Virus record (IMG/VR): IMGVR_UViG_3300013121_000034
Location: 65,024 to 129,023 of that record
Source of the DNA: a virus
Lineage: Duplodnaviria; Caudoviricetes
Length of the DNA: 64,000 nt
Strand: one strand, 5' to 3'
A model generated the notes under the pieces. The model made no database searches. It was not told the DNA's origin and worked only from the letters and a program-made list of their open reading frames with translations. The position numbers were made by a program, and so were the translations under genes. This document shows, one piece after another, positions 56,599 through 64,000 of the stretch; the stretch's first letter is position 1; the number at the start of each line of letters is the position of its first letter.

Positions 56599-58523
56599 AT
56601 GCGCGTATAATTCTGCGTCTGTGCGGACAAATACGCAGGCGAAATAACGCTCGACGTCTCGAAGCCAATAAAGTTTCGAGCGTTCAAATACGCCAAATTG
56701 CCGTCATACACCGCGAAAGCCGGGCGGCGCAGAGAAACGTGATTGCACGGAGATTCAGGATGACGCGCACCGCAAATGCTGCACGTGTAATAAGAACACA
56801 TCGCGCCCATCGAATAGGCTGTGCGCTGGCGCGTCAAAATCTGATTGGCGAGAAGCGAATCGCGCGTGCGATCAAATGCCAGCAACGACACGACCTTGTG
56901 CAGATTGCCTTTTGCATTTCGGATCGGCTTCAAAAACGTTCCAAGGATAATGCCCTTGGAGTCTTTGTTGTAATCCTTATTACAGTTGTGAACCGCAACA
57001 CCGTAAGCGACGTATGAATGTTCATTTTCGACTTCGAAGTTGTAAACGTCTTCAAAGCGCGCTTTGTGTTGAATTTCAACCACAGGTGCTAGAATATAAT
57101 TACCTTTGATAAACATCTTGGCGTTGTTGCCATTCGACCCGTCGTTATCGACAGGATGCATGTCAGATTTTCCGACCGTGTATTTTGAAAGAATATGCGC
57201 TTGGTCTTCTAGCGCCGTAACAGAGTAGGAACCCTTGCTACGCACAGTCCGCTCTACGTTATATTTAGGGCACATATAGGTGTACGTTTTTTGATGCCCG
57301 TCCTTATTTACGCTAGAGCATATACCTATAAACGCAAGTGCCTGCTGAACGTCGATAGCCAACTTTTTAGATGCTGTACGACAACGCATACGCTTGACGT
57401 TCGATGCGCCATATTGTGCCACAGAACCGTCGCCGGAAATATATCCGCCAAGGAAGTGCTTCATGGCTTTCTTATTCCATTGGCGAAGATCGCCTCTCAT
57501 GGATTTTTTATGCGCGTATTCGCCGGTAAGCGAAAGCATGGTAGCCGTAAACGCCTTATCGGCAATGCGAATAAGCCGCGTATTATTCTTTTTATGAATA
57601 TACTCGCCGTAAGGTAATCCAAGGGCATCGCATGCAGCAAAAATACGATTTCGCAATTGCATTTCAACGTAACCGATAGTTAGTTGAACACTGGTATATG
57701 TTCCGTTCTTTTTCTCGTAGCAACCCGCGGCCATATGAACGCCCGTTAGGAAGGCAAGATGCTTATCTACGTCTAGATCGCCACCAATACGAATTGGGCT
57801 ACAAACGTAATCACCAATGTTCATATCTGATACAGGACGAAAATGCGGTTTAAGATTGTCCCATTCTATATTATTCATCCTGCCATAAAAACCAAACCCC
57901 TTTTTACTACGCGTATTGCTATTGGGAATTGTTTGTGAATAAAGCTGGCGCGGGTCTACGATCCAGTAAGGGTGGTTTTCCGTAGCAAAGCTGTCGTCAG
58001 CCATTCCCAGAACTTTAATACGGGAAAGCCATTTCTTGCCGTTTTTAAAGACAGCAGTAACGCGTTCGACGGTTCCTTGATGTGTGAAGACAGAGTCGCC
58101 AACGCGAACTCTCTTAATACGCTTGGTCCCATTAGGGATTGCAATGGGAGCATCACCGGGGAAGCAATGATCGACCGCCGTGATTTTGTTCGTCCACGAC
58201 TGGAAGCCAAGTCGGCCCGTCTCAGGATTAGGGCGCAAAAGTTCTTCGAGCGGAAATGCCACGCAATTGCGGTTCGGCAAATCCGACGGCATGATGATCG
58301 TCGAAACGAGAATGTAGTCGTTCAGCTTCGGCGAAATGTCGTAGAGTTCAGCGAACAGAGGCAACGACGCTTGGCTTTCAACGAGCGCGCCGCGCACGTC
58401 GTCCAAAATACCCGCCGTTACGAAATGTTCTTTTTGTTCCTCTTTCTGAAATGCCTCGACCGGATGATACGAGCGCATGGCATCGGCGTGAATTTCGTGG
58501 GGGCGTCCGTGATAATCGAGCAT
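56571..58523 (-). CDS. prohead maturation protease (HK97/assemblin clan) interrupted by an intein
   Basis: PNRN...DH...G...YSMGA...FETSSVISPAY; ATG 58523 chosen; spliced product is 256 aa. Confidence 0.8.
   Translation of the reverse strand: MLDYHGRPHEIHADAMRSYHPVEAFQKEEQKEHFVTAGILDDVRGALVESQASLPLFAELYDISPKLNDYILVSTIIMPSDLPNRNCVAFPLEELLRPNPETGRLGFQSWTNKITAVDHCFPGDAPIAIPNGTKRIKRVRVGDSVFTHQGTVERVTAVFKNGKKWLSRIKVLGMADDSFATENHPYWIVDPRQLYSQTIPNSNTRSKKGFGFYGRMNNIEWDNLKPHFRPVSDMNIGDYVCSPIRIGGDLDVDKHLAFLTGVHMAAGCYEKKNGTYTSVQLTIGYVEMQLRNRIFAACDALGLPYGEYIHKKNNTRLIRIADKAFTATMLSLTGEYAHKKSMRGDLRQWNKKAMKHFLGGYISGDGSVAQYGASNVKRMRCRTASKKLAIDVQQALAFIGICSSVNKDGHQKTYTYMCPKYNVERTVRSKGSYSVTALEDQAHILSKYTVGKSDMHPVDNDGSNGNNAKMFIKGNYILAPVVEIQHKARFEDVYNFEVENEHSYVAYGVAVHNCNKDYNKDSKGIILGTFLKPIRNAKGNLHKVVSLLAFDRTRDSLLANQILTRQRTAYSMGAMCSYYTCSICGARHPESPCNHVSLRRPAFAVYDGNLAYLNARNFIGFETSSVISPAYLSAQTQNYTRMWDEKVPVQ
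56985..58166 (-). mobile_element. intein (394 aa) with LAGLIDADG-type endonuclease region
   Basis: DH|CFPGDAPI start, ATENHPYW block B, VYNFEVENEHSYVAYGVAVHN|C end, GYISGDG motif. Confidence 0.95.
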
Positions 58524-58572
58524 GGAGGGCGTCCGTGTGAAATTGGGAGGGGTATAGCTGCGTGCCTGATAT

Positions 58573-58581
58573 AAATTAGGC
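58573..58581 (-). promoter_or_regulatory. putative late promoter GCCTAATTT (protease/head operon)
   Basis: Copy of the 9-mer ~50 nt upstream of the protease ATG. Confidence 0.55.
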
Positions 58582-58690
58582 AGTTCCCAATTACGGAGCG
58601 CGCAAAAAGAAACGGAGCCGCCTTTCGACGACCCCGGCCAATTCAATTGACGTTTGCTGGATTAATTGGAGACGATTAGCGTTCCAATTA

Positions 58691-61600
58691 TTAGAGCGAC
58701 GCCGCCCTAATTATGTGAGAGCGTTTCATGCGTGCGCTCTTTTCCATAGCCGCTACAGATTTCGGCACAGGAATATTCAAACCGGCATATGTGTGAAGGC
58801 GTTGCGCCGCCGCTTGAATGCGCTCGTTAACGCCGCGATTCTCGCGTGCTGCAATTCGCGTCATGGCTTCCGCGCCATTTTTGTGCAACCGCTCCAAACG
58901 AACGGCGCGACCACGGCGCGAGAGAACTTTGCGCGTATCGGGATCACGCATTTCGTTATCGCGATCCGTGAATTTGCGCCGACCCAATCCAATTGGACCG
59001 TCTTTCGCCAGCGCCGCAATCATATGCTCGCGGAACGATGCTTCCTCGAATGCGCCGTCTTCGTCGCTTTCTTTTTTCATCGCCGACTTCGGCATTTTCT
59101 TCAAATACGCGTTAATGGCTTTGCGGTATTTAATGTCGTCATCGTAGCCGCGCATAACCTCATTGATATTGAAGCCCGACGCGCTCGCCCACATTTGAAG
59201 CGGAATCGGGATTCCCTTTTCCTCCATCGTTTTCATAATGTCGAGATAGGCGCTGTCCGCTTCCGGCTTAAGTGCTTTCACATATGACAGATGCGGAATA
59301 TGATATTGCGCCGGATTGAAACGCTCCGAACCAATTTCAACGTAGCCTTGGCTGCGGCAATAAAGAGTGTCGACGCCGCGCGAGAACAGCGAATAATTGG
59401 GGAAGCGGCGGTCTTCCGTCGAATAAATGACGTTGTCTTCGTAATAGCCCGTAACCTCAATAGGCTTGGGATCGCCCTTGATTTTGAAATCGTTCTGCTT
59501 GGCGATATACGGAAATATCTTGTTGTAAAAGATGCGCTGCGACATAACGAAACGCAGATATTTCAACCGCTCAAGGAAGGTGGAGAGCGCGTTCTCCATC
59601 GTGTTGAAATTGGCGTCGCCGATCAAAAAGTTTTCGTTGAAGCCGAGGGCGCGATACTTGAACGCGCTCGTCGCTTCCATGATTTCATCGTAGCGCCAGA
59701 AATCCGATGCGCTGTTATGTCCGACAACTCCGTTTACCATAAAAGCAGGCATGCCGGGCGTACGAATGGTTAAGTCGTACACTGGCAAATCTTTATGAGG
59801 CTTGACGGAAACGACTTTGTCAAAACGATAGCGTAGCTTGAACAAAGTCATCAAGGTCGCGTACAGTTTTTTGCTAACGCGCTTTATTATGTTTAGCTCG
59901 TCGCGATAACCGTTGTCATCAAATTTGTCGTACATGAGATACGAATTGGCGCGAAGATAATGACGGAAGGTATTTCCCCACCCACCAGCAATAAATACTT
60001 TCTCACCATCGTCGTTAATAAAAAACGAGCCAGAAGGGGTGCCGTCTTTCTTTTGTGTTTGACGGCGAACAAAACGAGATTTCAAAAACGGTATGAACAC
60101 GTCGGCTGGAATTCCCAATTGACGCGCTCTTACATCATCGCAGTAAGTATAATGTGCTTTATCTTCTAACATATAAGAGTTAAGTTCGTTATACAATTTA
60201 CTAGCATCGCATGTCGGCAGGTACAAATTATAAAATTTGCGACTAAAGGTCGACCTATACCCCATATCGGCCAGCATGGTTTTAAGGCTACGCAGAATTT
60301 TAACAGAACGGCTAAAGAACTTTATTTCTACTGCAAGCTTGCTATTGTTTTCTTTACGCGCAATGTTTCCGTCTCCTTGAATGTAAGCAGCCATGAAGGC
60401 CAAGCGACATTCGCGGTCGGCTTGCAAGATAGCATGCGGAATACGCTTATAATAGGCCGGTGATTTCTTTTTACGAATAGAACGTTTAACGCCTAGCCCT
60501 TCTAAAAATGACACTATCTCCATACTACTCAACTCTGCCGAGTAGCATGGTTTGGTCGTATAGGTTCGGCGTCTATAAGACCGATCTATGTAACGGAATG
60601 TAGAGTTGCCTTTCTCTTTTGTCACGCGGATAGAGGGTTTACGCTCAAAAGAAGCTGCCATGCATGCGACGTACTTATTCAACACATCCATGTTCGTATT
60701 GGTCACTTGAATGGATTTCCGATTCATGTAGCCTTCTGACACGACCAACCCCATAGCGTAAGCCAATTCGGGCGTCATGCGTTTCGGTATAGTAATGTCA
60801 ATATTACCTTTTCTGTTTTGATAGACCGTATATTCGATATTTGATAAATCACGCGTCCCTTTCGTTTCCGCCTGTAGCATTGGCGTCAATACATATTGTC
60901 CCAACATATCACTGGTTTTCTTGAATTTAAGTTCGCCTTCAAAGGTCGTAAAAAATTTGTGGTTGCAAGTAGCAATTAGCTCATTGCCAGAGCTTGTCGT
61001 TATTTTGAAGGTAGGCTTGGTGCCATGGAAATGCCACTCCTTAACGTCTACAAATTTTCCATCAAAGCCTTTAACGCGAACATCATTTAATTCAACGGAA
61101 AAAGGTTCCCCGTGCTTATCGTGTTCCACCAAAGAGTCGATAGCGCGTAATCCTGTTTGTGTATGAACTAACGAATTGCCTGCAAGGCAGCGAACCTCAG
61201 TTACGAGAACGTCGGGACGCGTTGCGATAATTGCGGACGTGGGGTCTGAATCGGCTGCCTGAAAAAGATTGACGTAATTGGTCGCTTCCTCGACCGTGGG
61301 TTCCCAATCCTCACCGCCGAGTAAGATATGCATGATCGAACGCTGACGCTTGTACGACAATTCGATGGTGCCGCGCATCAGTGCTTTTTCGATAATCCAC
61401 ACCGGCATGGCACGCGTCAAAAATGACGTGGGTTCGATTTGCGAAGCGAACGTGCGACGCGGCACGTAAACGGTCGTGTCAGGGTCGAGCGGAATTTCTT
61501 TTCGTGCAAGCTGCGATGCGAGATTGGGCGCATTCTCGGAAAGCATTTTGGCGGCGCGCGGGTCTTTTTTCGCAGCCTCCACCAATTGCTTGAAGCCGTC

Positions 61601-62170
61601 GGAGAATTTGAGCGAAATGAGCGGGTCTTTTCCGTAGAACGGCACATGCTGAAATGTGCACTGCTCAGGGTCTTGCGGCGCAATGCCAATAAAAGTGGAC
61701 TCGTTCGCATCCCACTGCATCGAGCCAATAAACTGCGCGTTCACTAGATGATCGACCGTTGCTTCCGGCATCAGCATCATCATGTTCATCGACTGAACGC
61801 ACGTCTGATATTTCTCAAGTATCTTTTTGTCGGCGACGCCGGAAAGCGTTGCGTTGGACCACGGCAACAGCGCCATCAAATCCACCGCGCCGCCACAAAC
61901 GGCGTCGTAGCGATACATGTCACGTGCCATGCGACGCTGCGCAGCAGCGTCCTTGTCCATAATAATGCCTTCCATGACAAGCTTGTCAAAGAAGCCTTTA
62001 ATTGCGGACGCCGTGCCTCCAAATCCGCCGGAGCCGCCCATGCCTCCCATACCGCCCATGCCCATACCCGGCACGTTCGCTTCAACGCGATGTGTTTTCG
62101 CTGCAAAAGATTGCGCGTTCGCTGACGCGCTAACCTCGTAGCGATTATAGCCCTTAAGCATGTGGATCAT
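58691..62170 (-). CDS. portal protein interrupted by an intein
   Basis: Upstream of the protease; YRYDAVCGGAVDL...LPWS and LGFNENFLIGDANF portal-like motifs; spliced product ~667 aa; start may be 62161. Confidence 0.82.
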   Translation of the reverse strand: MIHMLKGYNRYEVSASANAQSFAAKTHRVEANVPGMGMGGMGGMGGSGGFGGTASAIKGFFDKLVMEGIIMDKDAAAQRRMARDMYRYDAVCGGAVDLMALLPWSNATLSGVADKKILEKYQTCVQSMNMMMLMPEATVDHLVNAQFIGSMQWDANESTFIGIAPQDPEQCTFQHVPFYGKDPLISLKFSDGFKQLVEAAKKDPRAAKMLSENAPNLASQLARKEIPLDPDTTVYVPRRTFASQIEPTSFLTRAMPVWIIEKALMRGTIELSYKRQRSIMHILLGGEDWEPTVEEATNYVNLFQAADSDPTSAIIATRPDVLVTEVRCLAGNSLVHTQTGLRAIDSLVEHDKHGEPFSVELNDVRVKGFDGKFVDVKEWHFHGTKPTFKITTSSGNELIATCNHKFFTTFEGELKFKKTSDMLGQYVLTPMLQAETKGTRDLSNIEYTVYQNRKGNIDITIPKRMTPELAYAMGLVVSEGYMNRKSIQVTNTNMDVLNKYVACMAASFERKPSIRVTKEKGNSTFRYIDRSYRRRTYTTKPCYSAELSSMEIVSFLEGLGVKRSIRKKKSPAYYKRIPHAILQADRECRLAFMAAYIQGDGNIARKENNSKLAVEIKFFSRSVKILRSLKTMLADMGYRSTFSRKFYNLYLPTCDASKLYNELNSYMLEDKAHYTYCDDVRARQLGIPADVFIPFLKSRFVRRQTQKKDGTPSGSFFINDDGEKVFIAGGWGNTFRHYLRANSYLMYDKFDDNGYRDELNIIKRVSKKLYATLMTLFKLRYRFDKVVSVKPHKDLPVYDLTIRTPGMPAFMVNGVVGHNSASDFWRYDEIMEATSAFKYRALGFNENFLIGDANFNTMENALSTFLERLKYLRFVMSQRIFYNKIFPYIAKQNDFKIKGDPKPIEVTGYYEDNVIYSTEDRRFPNYSLFSRGVDTLYCRSQGYVEIGSERFNPAQYHIPHLSYVKALKPEADSAYLDIMKTMEEKGIPIPLQMWASASGFNINEVMRGYDDDIKYRKAINAYLKKMPKSAMKKESDEDGAFEEASFREHMIAALAKDGPIGLGRRKFTDRDNEMRDPDTRKVLSRRGRAVRLERLHKNGAEAMTRIAARENRGVNERIQAAAQRLHTYAGLNIPVPKSVAAMEKSARMKRSHIIRAASL
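59714..61189 (-). mobile_element. intein (492 aa) with LAGLIDADG endonuclease
   Basis: VR|CLAGNSLV start, ATCNHKF block B, GLVVSEG and AYIQGDG motifs, VYDLT...FMVNGVVGHN|S end. Confidence 0.95.
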
Positions 62171-62495
62171 CTTTCTTGCGGAGCGGATTTTCTCTCTCCG
62201 CTCGCTTTGTATTTTCGCCGTCGTAGGCGCGTTGTGCGAATTGCAAAAGCTGATTGCCCGTCTCGGTCGCTTCCACGAAATTCATTTCGATGCGAATGTC
62301 GCGCAAGCGCCACTCGCCATCGTCGTCACGCACATAAGCCTTGCCAAGACCTATCACGGCGCTTTGCAGATTATGCTTCGCGGAAAAATGACGACACCCG
62401 AACGTGATTTTACCCGAATGCAAATCGCCCGGCTTCGATTGGAATTGCTTGAGAACGTCGTTCTTTTCGTTAGGCGTTTCGTCAGGCATCGTCAA
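62154..62495 (-). CDS. hypothetical protein
   Basis: Tightly packed ORF overlapping the portal start; may begin at 62489. Confidence 0.65.
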   Translation of the reverse strand: MTMPDETPNEKNDVLKQFQSKPGDLHSGKITFGCRHFSAKHNLQSAVIGLGKAYVRDDDGEWRLRDIRIEMNFVEATETGNQLLQFAQRAYDGENTKRAERENPLRKKDDPHA

Positions 62496-62687
62496 TTACA
62501 TCATATTGACGTCGTCGAACACCGGCACGACGACACGATTGGGAAGGTCGACCATGACCGGAATATTGCGACACATGAGCGGCGTCATAGGCTGCCCGGA
62601 AATAGGCGAGCGCGTAGCGTCTTCTTTTGCAGCCGCCGTTGTTGCGTGACGACGATTCGAATCGAACAGCGGATCGCGAATTGCCAT
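62496..62687 (-). CDS. small hypothetical protein
   Basis: AAGGA Shine-Dalgarno; abuts the next gene. Confidence 0.65.
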   Translation of the reverse strand: MAIRDPLFDSNRRHATTAAAKEDATRSPISGQPMTPLMCRNIPVMVDLPNRVVVPVFDDVNMM

Positions 62688-62708
62688 GATGGCTTTCCTT
62701 TTGGACGG

Positions 62709-62870
62709 TTAATTGTAGGGAGCGAGGACGACGACCAAAGGCGGGTCTTCTTTATAGACCGCGCCTGTGTCTTCATTTTCGATTTCAGTCGTGACGACGC
62801 CTTCCGCTTTCGCGGTGACAATACGTTCAACGACATTCGTGGCTATGGGCGTGAAAATGTAATCGGCCAT
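62709..62870 (-). CDS. small hypothetical protein (53 aa)
   Basis: ATG 62870 overlaps the upstream TAA (TAATG). Confidence 0.55.
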   Translation of the reverse strand: MADYIFTPIATNVVERIVTAKAEGVVTTEIENEDTGAVYKEDPPLVVVLAPYN

Positions 62871-63238
62871 TAGCCGCCGCCCGGACCAAGCAAGCGAATA
62901 GTGCCGTAGCCCCATGCGCCTTTGCGGTTATTTTTCGTGTACCAAAGATCGATTTGATAATCGTTGTCCGGCGTGAGCGGAGCCAATTTCTCGGGCGTGT
63001 ATTGCACCTTGATAATGCCCGTCACCGGATTGGAAATAATCAAATCTTTATTGGCCTGCGTCAACAGCACCGCGTAATCGGAGCGCGTCGTTGCGCGTCC
63101 CTTACCAATTCCCAAAACCCACTGCGATCCAAAGCCCGTCAAATCGACAGCCGCGTTGCCTGCGTCCTTGAACGCAAACGAATCTTCGTAATCCGCGTAA
63201 GACGGAATTGGATCGAGCGTGAGTTTATAGAGAGGCAT
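62870..63238 (-). CDS. beta-sandwich adaptor-like protein, paralogue of 33509..33895
   Basis: KDAGNAAVDLTGF...GIIKVQYTP...GTIRL. Confidence 0.65.
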   Translation of the reverse strand: MPLYKLTLDPIPSYADYEDSFAFKDAGNAAVDLTGFGSQWVLGIGKGRATTRSDYAVLLTQANKDLIISNPVTGIIKVQYTPEKLAPLTPDNDYQIDLWYTKNNRKGAWGYGTIRLLGPGGG

Positions 63239-63241
63239 TCT

Positions 63242-63793
63242 TTATGGGACCGGACGCAAAAGGGTTACGTTGGATTTGCCATCGAGCGGTGTAACGGGCG
63301 TCGGCGAGCCAAGCGGAGAATGCTTGCGCACACGAATCACAAGACCTTCCCAATCGGTTTCCAAATGCTCGACGAAATCATACGGCAAATCTTTTTTGTC
63401 TGCCGTCAAACGAATGGGTGTAATCAAATCCCATGCACCGCCCATAACCCAAGGCACGGCATGTTCGTGATAATACGGAAGCAGCTTGGCTATCGCCATC
63501 GCATCGGACGCAATGCCCGACAATTCCACATTCACGCCGCGCTCGCCGGTTGCGCGATGGATGCTGTAAGAAAAGTGCACGGTCGCCTGCATATTCTGCG
63601 TATTGGGACGTACGAACTGCGGCGCGTTCACCGACACGCTGATCGGCACGTCGACCGTTCCCAAAATCAAAATGGGCGTCTGCGGAATATCAACGCGCGG
63701 GGCCTGTTGAGCATGCTCTTTATCGAGCAAGGCTTTCACGGCGGGCTTGCCGCCGTACATGTAAGCGCCGAGTAATTTGAGCGTGCCAACCAT
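63242..63793 (-). CDS. hypothetical protein
   Basis: ORF after a promoter-like motif; ATG 63793 with GGTG Shine-Dalgarno (the track starts at 63805). Confidence 0.7.
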   Translation of the reverse strand: MVGTLKLLGAYMYGGKPAVKALLDKEHAQQAPRVDIPQTPILILGTVDVPISVSVNAPQFVRPNTQNMQATVHFSYSIHRATGERGVNVELSGIASDAMAIAKLLPYYHEHAVPWVMGGAWDLITPIRLTADKKDLPYDFVEHLETDWEGLVIRVRKHSPLGSPTPVTPLDGKSNVTLLRPVP

Positions 63794-63809
63794 TTTCACC
63801 ACCACTAGG

Positions 63810-63818
63810 AAATTAGAC
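63810..63818 (-). promoter_or_regulatory. putative late promoter GTCTAATTT (portal operon)
   Basis: Intergenic copy of the 9-mer. Confidence 0.55.
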
Positions 63819-64000
63819 GGTTCTCACGGGATTAAAAGAAGCCCATCGGGCGTCCGTGAGAAACCATCACGGGGACGTTTTTGTCGCCGCCAAACCCGCT
63901 TCCGGGCGGGCCAACGTGCCCCCCTCCTTTACCACCTAGCGATACTATGCCGCCTGTTCCCGCCATAATACCGATAGGCTGACGCGGTGCGCTTGCGCCC

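Noticed and set aside
1-64000. tRNA or rRNA genes, group I/II introns, stop-codon reassignment
   Set aside because: No cloverleaf or intron-split genes recognised by eye; all three stop codons end tightly packed genes normally. A tRNAscan-SE or Infernal run would be the proper test.

Overview
The window is part of a large (jumbo-type) myovirus genome, standard genetic code, Gram-negative host inferred from the spanin pair. Bases 1-3970 carry + strand non-structural genes (HNH-like, sigma-factor-like, hypotheticals) ending in a strong terminator. The rest is a - strand virion morphogenesis region. In transcription order it runs: portal (with intein), prohead protease (with intein), GIY-YIG endonuclease, scaffold, head decoration, major capsid protein, tail completion, sheath, tubes, tail chaperone, tape measure with lytic domains, baseplate, a 6032-aa repeat/CBM fibre, holin/endolysin/spanins, two DUF6527-like genes around a ParB-like gene, PAAR, and a ~2128-aa modular protein. 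From memory the capsid protein and gene order resemble the Y3/JA11/PaBG/phiRSL1-like jumbo myophages (not verified by search). The best candidate novel system is the 2128-aa protein: it looks like a head-packaged polyprotein of ~14 modules (8 copies of one W-x-x-x-D-G...H...G-W-x-R domain plus an ADP-ribosyltransferase-like domain), joined by short linkers ending in Ala|Ser/Ala/Gly/Asn. The same motif recurs in head proteins and resembles herpesvirus assemblin cleavage sites. Other leads are a late-promoter motif GYCTAATTT, one copy of which precedes a candidate small RNA, the DUF6527 pair as possible Ubl deconjugases, and a +1 frameshift in the tail chaperone. All family calls come from motif recognition by eye, with no database search.
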